Source of the DNA: Pseudomonadota bacterium
GTDB lineage: Bacteria; Pseudomonadota; Gammaproteobacteria; Thiohalomonadales; Thiohalomonadaceae
Assembly (NCBI GenBank): GCA_051747405.1
Contig: JBNJGC010000001.1
Location: 1-44,781, forward strand
DNA length: 44,781 nucleotides
Direction: 5' to 3'
A model generated the notes under the pieces. The model saw only the letters and a list, made by a program, of their open reading frames with translations, was not told where the DNA came from and searched no databases. This document shows positions 29,398 through 38,769 of this stretch, piece after piece; the first letter of the stretch is position 1, and each line of letters begins with the position of its first letter. The position numbers were made by a program, and so were the translations under genes.

Positions 29398-29910
29398 TCA
29401 GGAGGCCTTTTTCACGCGACGCTTGGTGGTGCGGCGTTTTTTCGCCGGAGCGTTACGCTTTTTCACCATCTGCGCCTCTTTCTTCTCCTGAGCCTTGACG
29501 GCTTTGCCCAGAGCGCGCTCGTAGGCCTTGTCCTGGGCCGCTTCGAACTTGACCAGCGCATTGATCATGGAGTCGGCCAGACGCAGATCAAACTTGGCAT
29601 CCGCCACCTTCTCCCGCGCCTTCTTGCTCATCTCCATCTTCTTGGCAACCGCATTCTTGGCAGCAGCGGTTTTAGTGGTACGGGCCTTGGTGCGGGCTGC
29701 AGCCAGTGCATCAGCGGCCTTCTTGGCGGCAGCCTCCGCCTTGGCCAGTGCCTTCTCCGCCTTCTCGCGACGGCTTACCGCCGCTTTGAAGGTGCTGTTC
29801 TTGGTCGGGTCCAGCTTGACAGCCGACTTACGTGCAGCCGGACGACCGCGACGTGCAGCTGTCTTCTTTACAGTTTTCTTTTTGGTTGCAGCTTTTTTAA
29901 CGCGTGCCAT
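29398..29910 (-). CDS. Highly basic Lys/Ala-rich protein (histone H1-like / AlgP-like)
   Basis: MARVKKAATKKKTVKKTAARRGRPAARK... with a KKRRTTKRRVKKAS tail. GGAG SD upstream of ATG 29910. Low-complexity KA-rich composition. Confidence 0.6.
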   Translation of the reverse strand: MARVKKAATKKKTVKKTAARRGRPAARKSAVKLDPTKNSTFKAAVSRREKAEKALAKAEAAAKKAADALAAARTKARTTKTAAAKNAVAKKMEMSKKAREKVADAKFDLRLADSMINALVKFEAAQDKAYERALGKAVKAQEKKEAQMVKKRNAPAKKRRTTKRRVKKAS

Positions 29911-30211
29911 AAAACCGCTCCTTACATTTTCGATGAGAAACAAAATCGTTCGACGCTCAAATTATAAACACACTTTTTTTGTTTTTGTAAAAGAAATAGG
30001 TTTTTTTTACGAAAAAAACGCGTTTTTTTGCCCAATATTGCAAAAAAACGCACCAATCAAAGAAAATTCATCCGTTCGGCATTGCTTTGCACCCCTATCG
30101 CCACAATTCGGCAAGGAGGCAGTTGCCACTTTGCAGACGAGAATTTTCCGCTAAAATCTGCCGACACAAGACCACTCAACTCCATTGCGCAGTTAACACG
30201 AGAGGAACACC

Positions 30212-32605
30212 ATGGTCGATAACGAGCCGCTTGAAGCCGAATATATACAGGACACCGACAGCGACACCGGCCTGGCGGTGCAGGGCACGGTACTACCCAC
30301 GACGCTGCACCTGCTGCCGGTATTCGAACGCCCATTCTTCCCCGCTCAGGCCGCGCCCATCGTTATGGATGAGAAGCCCTGGCTGCCAACCATCGAAGAG
30401 ATCGGCAAAACCAGCCACCATATGGCCGGGCTGGTCATGGTCAAAGGGGGGGAGCTGGAGAAACCTCCGCGCGAAGATTTCTACAACGTCGGCAGCGTTG
30501 TACGACTACACCAGCCGGCGCGTGCCGACGACAAGCTGCAATTCATCGCCGAAGGGCTACAGCGCTTTCGTATCGTCAAATGGCTCTCCGACACGCCCCC
30601 CTACCTGGTGCAGGTGGAGTACCCGCACGAGGAGAAAAAGCTCGACGAAGAGCAGGTGCGCGCCTACGCCATGGCGATCATCAACACTATCAAGGAGCTG
30701 CTGCCGCTTAATCCGCTCTACAGCGAAGAGCTCAAATACTTCCTTAACCGTTTCGGCCCCAACGAACCCTCGCCGCTAACCGACTTCGCCGCCGGCCTGA
30801 CCACCGCCGACGGCGCCTCACTGCAGGAGGTGCTGGAGACCTACCCGGTGATCAAACGTATGCAGCGGGTGCTGGTACTGCTGAAAAAGGAGATGGAGGT
30901 AGCCAAGCTCCAACACCAGATCCGCGAGCGGGTCGAGGATCAAATGTCGGAACAGCAGCGCAAGTTCTTCCTGCGCGAACAGCTCAAGGAGATCCAGAAA
31001 GAGCTGGGACTGGAGAAGGATGATCGCACCGCCGACCTGGAGCGCTTCAAAGAGCGGGCGGAGCAGCTCACCCTGCCCGAGCATGCTCAGAAGCGCCTCG
31101 ACGACGAGATGCAGAAGATGTCCGTACTGGAGGTGGGCTCCCCCGAGTACACCGTCACCCGCAACTACCTCGACTGGATCACCTCGCTGCCCTGGGGGGT
31201 GGACTCGGAGGATATCCTCGACCTCAAACGGGCGCGCAAGATCCTCGACCGCGACCACGACGGCCTGGACGATGTCAAACAGCGCATTCTCGAATTCCTC
31301 GCCGTGGGCAAGCTGCGCGGCACCGTCGCCGGCTCGATCCTGCTGCTGGTCGGCCCGCCCGGCGTGGGCAAGACCTCCATCGGTCGCTCCATCGCCGAGA
31401 CCGTGGGGCGCAAGTTCTACCGCTTCTCGGTCGGCGGCATGCGCGACGAGGCCGAGATCAAGGGCCACCGCCGCACCTACATCGGCGCCATGCCCGGTAA
31501 GTTCATCCACTCGCTCAAGGAGGCGGGCACCGAAAATCCGGTGATCATGCTCGACGAGATCGACAAGATCGGCGCCTCCTACCAGGGCGACCCGGCAGCG
31601 GCGTTGCTGGAGGTGCTCGACCCGGAGCAGAATAGCGAATTCCTCGACCACTACCTCGACCTGCGCTTCGACCTCTCCAAGGTACTGTTCGTCTGCACCG
31701 CCAACCAGCTCGACACCATCCCCGGGCCGCTGCTGGACCGCATGGAGGTGATCCGCCTCTCCGGCTACATCACCGAAGAGAAGCTGGCCATCGCCAAACA
31801 CCACCTCTGGCCGCGCCAACTTGAGCGTGCCGGGGTCAAACCGAGCAAACTCAAGATCACCGACTCGGCGCTGCGCCAGATCATCGAGGGCTATGCCCGT
31901 GAGGCGGGTGTGCGCAGTCTGGAGAAGCAGCTGGGCCGAGTGGTGCGCAAGGCGGCGATGAAGATCGTCAGCGGTGCCAAAGGGCCGATTCGGGTCGGCC
32001 CGAAAACGCTGGAGGGGTACCTGGGCAAGCCCTTCTTCGGCAAGGAGAAGCCGCTCAGCGGCGTCGGCGTGGTCACCGGGCTGGCCTGGACCGCTATGGG
32101 CGGCGCCACCCTCAGCATCGAAGCGACCCAGGTGCACAGCAAGAACCGCGGCTTCAAGCTCACCGGCAAGCTCGGCGAGGTGATGCGCGAGTCGGCGGAG
32201 ATCGCCTACAGCTACGTCTCCTCCCATCTCAAGCAGTTCGACGGCGACCCGGCGTTCTTCGACGAGGCCTTCGTCCATCTGCACGTGCCCGAAGGGGCCA
32301 CCCCCAAGGATGGCCCCTCCGCCGGCATCACCATGGCCACCGCCCTGCTCTCGCTGGCGCGCAATCAGCGCATCAAACGGCCTTTGGCGATGACCGGCGA
32401 GCTGACCCTTACCGGCAGCGTCTACCCGGTGGGCGGCATCCGCGAGAAGGTGATCGCCGCCCGCCGCGCAAAGGTGATGGAGCTGATTCTGCCCGAGGCC
32501 AACAAGGGGGATTTCGAAGAGCTGCCCGAACACATCAAGGAGGGGGTGACGGCCCACTTCGTTCAGCACTACCGCGAGGTGGTCCCCATCGTCTTTAGCG
32601 ACTAA
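30212..32605 (+). CDS. lon: ATP-dependent Lon protease (LonA type)
   Basis: N-terminal LON domain, Walker [10 protein letters not shown], Walker B IMLDEIDK, catalytic [15 protein letters not shown] and GGIREKV. Confidence 0.95.
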   Translation: MVDNEPLEAEYIQDTDSDTGLAVQGTVLPTTLHLLPVFERPFFPAQAAPIVMDEKPWLPTIEEIGKTSHHMAGLVMVKGGELEKPPREDFYNVGSVVRLHQPARADDKLQFIAEGLQRFRIVKWLSDTPPYLVQVEYPHEEKKLDEEQVRAYAMAIINTIKELLPLNPLYSEELKYFLNRFGPNEPSPLTDFAAGLTTADGASLQEVLETYPVIKRMQRVLVLLKKEMEVAKLQHQIRERVEDQMSEQQRKFFLREQLKEIQKELGLEKDDRTADLERFKERAEQLTLPEHAQKRLDDEMQKMSVLEVGSPEYTVTRNYLDWITSLPWGVDSEDILDLKRARKILDRDHDGLDDVKQRILEFLAVGKLRGTVAGSILLLVGPPGVGKTSIGRSIAETVGRKFYRFSVGGMRDEAEIKGHRRTYIGAMPGKFIHSLKEAGTENPVIMLDEIDKIGASYQGDPAAALLEVLDPEQNSEFLDHYLDLRFDLSKVLFVCTANQLDTIPGPLLDRMEVIRLSGYITEEKLAIAKHHLWPRQLERAGVKPSKLKITDSALRQIIEGYAREAGVRSLEKQLGRVVRKAAMKIVSGAKGPIRVGPKTLEGYLGKPFFGKEKPLSGVGVVTGLAWTAMGGATLSIEATQVHSKNRGFKLTGKLGEVMRESAEIAYSYVSSHLKQFDGDPAFFDEAFVHLHVPEGATPKDGPSAGITMATALLSLARNQRIKRPLAMTGELTLTGSVYPVGGIREKVIAARRAKVMELILPEANKGDFEELPEHIKEGVTAHFVQHYREVVPIVFSD

Positions 32606-32774
32606 ATAAGCAATCCGAATACCAGTACACTTGGGAGGTTCCCACACGCCTGACAGGACCGTCGACCGCAGGGACTCTGCAGCTGTTATTTGGCTCCGTG
32701 AAATAGCGTCCAGGCTTTACCCAGTGAAAAAACCGTTATATAACGGTAAGCCTATCGACTCGTAAGGCAGGTCT

Positions 32775-33257
32775 ATGCTGCGACGAATCACACTTGCCAG
32801 CATTATCGCACTACTGATCGGCGGTTGCAGCTCACCGCAACCCAAGCCGTCGGCCATCACCCCAAAGCCGGATAACGCGCCGACGCAACAGTCCGTACAC
32901 CCGGCGGTCTCAGTCGCCCGGCGACAGCTGGGCACCCCCTACCGCTTCGGCGGCGCCTCCCCTGAACGCGGCTTCGACTGCAGCGGTCTGGTCCACTACT
33001 CTTTCAAACACGCCGGCATCAACGCTCCGCGCACCACTGCCACGCTTTATAACAGTGCTTTTCCCGTCACAGGTGACGCCCTGCGCCAGGGGGATCTCTT
33101 ATTCTTCCGTATCGAGGGCAAGGTTTCGCATGTGGGGATCTACATCGGCGACGACACCTTCCTCCACGCCCCCTCCAGCGGTAAAGCGGTCAGCTACGCC
33201 TCGCTCGATAACCCCTACTGGCAACAGCGCCTGATCCGCGCCGGCAGGCTGTTTTAA
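32775..33257 (+). CDS. NlpC/P60 (C40) peptidoglycan endopeptidase lipoprotein
   Basis: Lipobox LIGGC; catalytic GFDCSGLV...SHVGIYIGDDTFLHAP. Confidence 0.88.
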   Translation: MLRRITLASIIALLIGGCSSPQPKPSAITPKPDNAPTQQSVHPAVSVARRQLGTPYRFGGASPERGFDCSGLVHYSFKHAGINAPRTTATLYNSAFPVTGDALRQGDLLFFRIEGKVSHVGIYIGDDTFLHAPSSGKAVSYASLDNPYWQQRLIRAGRLF

Positions 33258-33289
33258 ACGCATTGGCCCCTACACGAGCCAAATAACTC

Positions 33290-33450
33290 ACCGCAAAGAC
33301 GCGAAGACGCAAAGCGATGGAGACAGAGTCGGTGTGCACCCCCGGCAACGGTCTTCGCGAACACGTGGTACCAACTAATCAAAATTGGAAGGCGGTGTGG
33401 CTTTCAAAACCTTTTTCACCATACGCTCTGCGCCTTTGCGTCTCTGCGGT
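33290..33450. repeat. Inverted-repeat element of tandem 8-mers (divergent member of the 37.3/38.8-kb family)
   Basis: ACCGCAAAGACGCGAAGACGCAAAGCG (33290-33316) versus the reverse complement of 33424-33450 gives 23/27 matches, and every mismatch is an A/G transition. It sits between the convergent 3' ends of the NlpC/P60 gene and hemH. Confidence 0.6.
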
Positions 33451-33471
33451 TCACTTCTGGCGACCTGATAG

Positions 33472-34458
33472 TTACCTATCTCTAATCAACCCGGCCATCA
33501 TGGCGATGTGGTCGTCACGGGCGTTGAGGGCGGGGATGTAGTGGAACACCTCGCCACCGGCGTCGATAAAGATCTCGCGATTCTCCCCTTCGATCTCCTC
33601 CAGCGTTTCGAGACAGTCGGCGGAGAAACCGGGGCAGATCACCTCGACACTCTTGATCCCCTCAGCCGGCAGGCTCTCCAGTGTCTTGTCGGTATAGGGC
33701 TGCAGCCACGGCTCGCGTCCAAAGCGTGACTGAAAGGTCATCATCCACTGCGACGCCTCCAGCCCCAGCTCCTCGGCCAGCAGTCGGGCGGTGCGCCGGC
33801 ACTGGGTGTAATAGGGATCGCCCTGCTCGCGGTAGCGTAGCGGGGTGCCGTGGAAGGAGATGATCAGCTTCTGCGCCGCGGTGCGCCCCTCACGATGATC
33901 ACGCACCGAGGCGGCCAGGGCGGCGATATAGCGCGGGTCGTCATGGTAGTCGGCGATAAAGCCCAGATGCGGGACATCGCGCCGCCGCTTCATCGCCCCG
34001 GCCACCGCATCGAGGGTGGAGGCAGTGGTGGAACAGGAGTTTTGCGGATAGAGCGGCAGGATGATGAGGCGTTCACAGCCGGCCTGACGCAGCTCATCCA
34101 GCGCCGAGGCGATGGATGGGTTGCCGTAGCGCATCCCCAGCGCCACCGCGAAACGGCCCGGCTGTTGCTGCTCCAGCCGCTCACGCAGCATGCACTGCTG
34201 CTCCCGGGCGATCCGCAACAGCGGCGACCCCTCATCGGTCCAGACCTCGCGGTAGGCGCGCGCGGAGCGAGCCGGACGGATCCGCAGAATCACCCCGTGC
34301 AGGATCAACCACCACAACGGTCGCGGTAGATCGACCACCCGCGGGTCCCAGAGGAACTCCGCCAAGTAGCGGCGTAGTGCCGCGCTAGTGGGGGCGTCCG
34401 GGGTGCCGAGATTGGTCATCAACACGCCAATCCTACTCTCTGAGTGATCGCTCTGCAT
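33472..34458 (-). CDS. hemH: Ferrochelatase
   Basis: IGVLMTNLGTPDAPTSAALRRYLAEFLWDPRVV.... Start trimmed to ATG 34458; the ORF-track extension runs across the adk terminator. Confidence 0.92.
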   Translation of the reverse strand: MQSDHSESRIGVLMTNLGTPDAPTSAALRRYLAEFLWDPRVVDLPRPLWWLILHGVILRIRPARSARAYREVWTDEGSPLLRIAREQQCMLRERLEQQQPGRFAVALGMRYGNPSIASALDELRQAGCERLIILPLYPQNSCSTTASTLDAVAGAMKRRRDVPHLGFIADYHDDPRYIAALAASVRDHREGRTAAQKLIISFHGTPLRYREQGDPYYTQCRRTARLLAEELGLEASQWMMTFQSRFGREPWLQPYTDKTLESLPAEGIKSVEVICPGFSADCLETLEEIEGENREIFIDAGGEVFHYIPALNARDDHIAMMAGLIRDR

Positions 34459-34582
34459 AACTCTCCGCCAGTGCTGGGGTGGAAACACGCCTGCCGCCCA
34501 GCTGTGATTAGCTGTACAAACGTGATCGGATTGTAGCGGTACAGTATACCCTGATGGCCACGCGGTGGGCACGCCACAACGC

Positions 34583-34605
34583 AAAACAGGCCCCGAAGGG
34601 CCTGT
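34583..34605 (-). terminator. Likely intrinsic terminator of adk
   Basis: The minus strand reads ACAGGCCC-TTCG-GGGCCTGT followed by TTTTG, about 27 nt after the adk stop. Confidence 0.6.
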
Positions 34606-34631
34606 TGTCACTGCAGGGCTGGCGGGCAGCG

Positions 34632-35360
<729 letters not shown>

Positions 35361-35385
35361 TTATCAATGGGCCAATGCGGTGGCT

Positions 35386-35940
35386 TTATCCGCTGCGCTG
35401 CACCAGCCTGGAGCCGTTGATCTGAAAGGCCTCGAACGGTTCGCGGCCAAAGCGCATCAACTTGTTGAGGGTCAGCGTCTCGATGCCTTCGAACGCCCCT
35501 TTCTGGATGGAACTGAGCAGCAGCTCGATCTTCAGGCGGTTAGGGGTGTAGTGAGCGGCCAGAGCGGCGGGGCTTCCGCTGCGGCTCGGTCGCACCCGCG
35601 GCATGGTATAGGCGATACACTGCACCTGCTCCACCTGCACGCTGGAGAAGGCCCGCGAGAGGCGCCGCCGCAGCTCACGCCGGGCATAGGCGGCACAAAA
35701 GGTGGCGATCTCGTCGATCAGCTGTAGCAACGCAGGGTCCGCCGCCTCGGGCTGATCACGAAAGAAGTCGAGCGCCGGGTAGTAACCCAGCCCCTGCTCC
35801 ATCACCCAAGGGTCCACCTGTCCGGCCAGATTCTCCCCCAGCACCCAGGGCAGATAACCCACATTGGCCTCCACCACCGTCTCCGGTACGGTGACGGTAA
35901 GGTTTGCGGCAACGGTGACGACCTCTATCTTGGGTGGCAT
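35386..35940 (-). CDS. Hypothetical 184-aa protein, last gene of the MoxR/VWA cluster
   Basis: High third-position GC consistent with coding. No TM segment, signal peptide or motif I can assign. Weak SD. Confidence 0.6.
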   Translation of the reverse strand: MPPKIEVVTVAANLTVTVPETVVEANVGYLPWVLGENLAGQVDPWVMEQGLGYYPALDFFRDQPEAADPALLQLIDEIATFCAAYARRELRRRLSRAFSSVQVEQVQCIAYTMPRVRPSRSGSPAALAAHYTPNRLKIELLLSSIQKGAFEGIETLTLNKLMRFGREPFEAFQINGSRLVQRSG

Positions 35941-35943
35941 TTG

Positions 35944-36081
35944 GGTTCAAAGTTCAAGGTTTATGTTCAGGATGAACGGGCCGCTTTATCACGTCCCTGT
36001 GACCGCGGCACTGATGCATCCGTGCACGGCGTATACCGCGGGCGCAGGGATGCGCAGGAGCGGTGCAAAGTTCAAGGTTTA
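35944..36081. repeat. 20-bp direct repeats flanking an imperfect hairpin
   Basis: GGT(T/G)CAAAGTTCAAGGTTTA occurs at 35944-35963 and 36062-36081 (19/20). The inner inverted repeat 35990-36008 / 36036-36054 matches 15/19. Confidence 0.6.
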
Positions 36082-36129
36082 AGGCGTGCAGATTGGGGTT
36101 CGCAGGCTCACCCCAACCTACAAACTCCG

Positions 36130-37290
36130 TTATCGCCGGCGTGCGCGGCGGCGACGGCGTCGGCCCTGGCTCATGGTCTCCGGGTCACGCCCGCGCAGAC
36201 GGTAGATCGCCTTGCGCAGCGGCAGCGTCACCGGCTCGATCTTCTCGTTCATTACCGTGCCCACGGCATCGGTCTGGCCGAAAATGGGGTTGAGCAGGTA
36301 CTCGTTCACCTGGGCCAGGGTGAGCATGGCGCGGATCTCCGGCTCCAGCTCGGGTACCGCCTGCAGCAGCGTCTGAAGCTGTTCATCCTCCTGCATCAGT
36401 TGCTCCACCAGCGCCTCGATCTCGGCCAGCTCGCGGAAGCCGTCACAGCGGCGTAGCTTGAGAAAGTAGCGACCCAGGGCATTGAACAAAGCGCTGGCCA
36501 CATCCTGATCGGCGGGGTTGCTCAGCACATCCTCGGCGATCTCGAGGAAACTCTGCCCCACTTGCTCCAGCATCAGCAGCAGATGGCGGGCGTACTCATT
36601 CTCCGCCGCGGCAAGCGTTTCCAACGTCTCTCGGTACTGCTCCAGATCCTCGCGCGGGGGTTGCTGCTCGGGCAGGTCGTGGGGCAGGGTTTCGAGAAAA
36701 CCGATGCGGTAGCTCTTCTGGCGTCGCCCGCTCTCCCAGAGCTTCTGTTTCTGTGCCTCGTCGATAAGCCCCGGCTGCAGCACCAGGCGCACGGTGTTGA
36801 GCATATCGCGCGGCTCGGTCTCGAACGGCAGGTGCTCGATGAGGTGTTCGGCCAGCTTCCTGCCCATCTCCCCCGCGACTACCTGCGGCGCCTCCAGCAT
36901 ACGCCGGGCATGTTCGGAATACGGTGCGCACCACCAGGCGCGACGCGCCAGCTCATCGGAGAGGTTGCGGGCGCAGACAACCGCCATCACCGCCTCGGGT
37001 TCGCCCAGCTTAAGCAGGCGATCCAACTGGTCGTTGTCAATTTGGCCCATGCGGGTCCAGCGGCGCAGGAACACCGGGTAGCCGCCGGGCGAGTCGAGCA
37101 CCGCGCTGGAGAGCATGGCGCGCACCGCCTGCAGGTACTGATCACTGCGTCCGGTGGGGTTGAGGGGAAACTTCATCTCCTCCTCACCCTTCAGGCCGTA
37201 TACGGTCATGCTGTTCTCGTCGATGCGCACCGCCTCGGCGTTGGCGATCAATACATTCAACCGCAGCGCATCTTCACTACTCAGTTCCAC
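36130..37290 (-). CDS. Hypothetical 386-aa helical protein with a C-terminal poly-arginine tail
   Basis: GTG start at 37290 with GAGG 7 nt upstream. Leu/Glu/Ala/Arg-rich, with no TM segment. Ends ...SQGRRRRRRARRR. Confidence 0.7.
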   Translation of the reverse strand: MELSSEDALRLNVLIANAEAVRIDENSMTVYGLKGEEEMKFPLNPTGRSDQYLQAVRAMLSSAVLDSPGGYPVFLRRWTRMGQIDNDQLDRLLKLGEPEAVMAVVCARNLSDELARRAWWCAPYSEHARRMLEAPQVVAGEMGRKLAEHLIEHLPFETEPRDMLNTVRLVLQPGLIDEAQKQKLWESGRRQKSYRIGFLETLPHDLPEQQPPREDLEQYRETLETLAAAENEYARHLLLMLEQVGQSFLEIAEDVLSNPADQDVASALFNALGRYFLKLRRCDGFRELAEIEALVEQLMQEDEQLQTLLQAVPELEPEIRAMLTLAQVNEYLLNPIFGQTDAVGTVMNEKIEPVTLPLRKAIYRLRGRDPETMSQGRRRRRRARRR

Positions 37291-37315
37291 TGTTAAACCT
37301 CGTTATAAAACATTC

Positions 37316-37437
37316 TCAACGCAGAGGACGCGGAGGTCGCTGAGAATGAAAAGCACGTCCTCTTCGTCTGCAATATGTCACGTTCCTACATGAACAAACC
37401 ATAAATACCTCTGCGTCCTCCGCGTCCTCTGCGTTGA
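37316..37437. repeat. Inverted-repeat element: 21-bp perfect GC-rich arms built of tandem 9-mers around an AT-richer 80-bp core
   Basis: TCAACGCAGAGGACGCGGAGG (37316-37336) is the exact reverse complement of 37417-37437. The arms consist of GCAGAGGAC/GCGGAGGAC-type 9-mers. The element fills the VWA / 386-aa gene spacer. Confidence 0.8.
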
Positions 37438-37442
37438 ATCAT

Positions 37443-38756
37443 TCAGTTCAATTGAATCCTTTGGCCCCAGGGGATTTGTGCCTTGCCCTTGACGAGCCAT
37501 ACGGTGGGGTACGGCGGTTCGCTCTCGGGGAAGTGGCCCTGGGCGTCGGTGAAGTAGACCAGTACGTCGGGCCTGCGGTTCTCGCGCTGCACCCAGTCGA
37601 ACACCGGACGGAAGTCGGTGCTGCCGCCGCCGCTAAACTCTTGCGGCAGGTCGAACTCTTCCCACGGCTCGTAGGTCCAGCCATCGCCGATGAGGCCGGA
37701 GTCGCAGGCCAGCAGCGTGACGCGGGCGCGGATCTGCCCCTTCAGGGCATTCACCTCGGAGACGAATTCGGTCATCTCCTTGTCGGTGACCGAGCCGCTG
37801 GTGTCCAGTGCCACTACGACATCCAGCTCATGGCTCTTGAGGCTGGGCATGATGTAGTCGCCCTCGCGCCGGGAGGGACGCGAGTAGTTGTAGTCGTCGC
37901 GGGCGGTGGCGTTGAGGTAACGCGCCAGCAGCATACGCCACGGCAGTTGCGGCTGCAGCAGGTGATCGATGATGCGCCGTAGCGGCCCGCTGAGCTTGCC
38001 CGCCTGCATCGCCTGTTGCGCGGCGCCGGCCATGCGCTGCTGCCACTGCACCGAGAGGTTATCCATCTCCTCTTTGGAGAGCGGCGGCGGCTGTTTGGCC
38101 CCCTCTCCGCTACCATCGCCGTCCTTGGGCTGCTCCTGTTCCTGCTGGCCCTCGCCCGGCTCCTGTTTGGTTTTGTCGGGCTTCTCCGCATCGCCACGCC
38201 CGCCCTTGTTGTCGGGGCTCTTCTTCTGCTGCTGATCGCCGCCCTCTGAACCTTTCTCGGTACTGTCGTGCTGACCGCCGGCACCCTGTCGTCCGCCGCC
38301 GCTCTGGTTGTCCTCGTCGTAGACGTGGTCATCATGCGGGGTGAGGTTCTCGTGCTCATCGAGACAGGGGTAGATCTCCTCGGCGGTCATCTCCTCGAAC
38401 TGCGGCAGGTAGATGGCATCCGGGCAGGGCTTGAGACCGTCGGCGATGAGCAGCGGATTGATGGCCAGATCACAGGCGAGATCCCAGCGATGCTTGTCAC
38501 GGTGCGAACGACGGGCGAAGTGCGACAGTGCACAGTGCAGCGCCTCATGGGCGAGCACGAACTGCGCCTGCTCCACCGACAAACCGTCGATATAATCGGC
38601 GCTGTAATAGAAAGCCCGCGCATCGGTGGCCACCGTCTTGCACCAATCGGAATCAGCCTCAATCATCGGCAGACGCAACACCAGCGCACCGAGGAACGGC
38701 TTGTCCAGAATCAGCTTGGTGCGCGCGGCACTCAGTTTCGTTTCACAGTCTGACAT
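37443..38756 (-). CDS. VWA-domain protein with N-terminal HExxH metallopeptidase-like domain (DUF2201 / COG3864 type, MoxR partner)
   Basis: LAHEALHCALSH (HExxH), followed by a roughly 90-aa acidic Gly/Gln/Lys-rich linker. The C-terminal VWA has the MIDAS motif VVALDTSGS and ...GGGSTDF.... Confidence 0.85.
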   Translation of the reverse strand: MSDCETKLSAARTKLILDKPFLGALVLRLPMIEADSDWCKTVATDARAFYYSADYIDGLSVEQAQFVLAHEALHCALSHFARRSHRDKHRWDLACDLAINPLLIADGLKPCPDAIYLPQFEEMTAEEIYPCLDEHENLTPHDDHVYDEDNQSGGGRQGAGGQHDSTEKGSEGGDQQQKKSPDNKGGRGDAEKPDKTKQEPGEGQQEQEQPKDGDGSGEGAKQPPPLSKEEMDNLSVQWQQRMAGAAQQAMQAGKLSGPLRRIIDHLLQPQLPWRMLLARYLNATARDDYNYSRPSRREGDYIMPSLKSHELDVVVALDTSGSVTDKEMTEFVSEVNALKGQIRARVTLLACDSGLIGDGWTYEPWEEFDLPQEFSGGGSTDFRPVFDWVQRENRRPDVLVYFTDAQGHFPESEPPYPTVWLVKGKAQIPWGQRIQLN

Positions 38757-38769
38757 AGGTATGATTTTT

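Noticed and set aside
30050-30211. A sigma32 heat-shock promoter for lon (CCCCTATC near 30091) and a sigma70-like TTGCAG-N15-TAAAAT.
   Set aside because: No acceptable CTTGAAA-like -35 element lies at the right distance from the CCCC box, and the sigma70-like pair has a 15-nt spacer. The evidence is too weak to call.
30818-32647. Very long ORFs antisense to real genes: the 609-aa ORF opposite lon, and also 22764..24059 (opposite nnr), 2224..3585, 19974..21149, 38987..40129, 41946..42830, 24130..24861 and 24909..25829.
   Set aside because: Stop-poor shadow frames are typical of high-GC DNA. Their translations are Arg/Gly/Ala/Pro-rich low-complexity sequences without motifs. In each case the opposite strand encodes a full-length protein with clear family signatures.
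37408-37437. Tandem 9-mers (GTCCTCYGC x3) considered as a possible CRISPR-like or iteron array.
   Set aside because: There are only 2.5-3 short units with no spacers, always present as inverted arms. No cas or rep genes are present.
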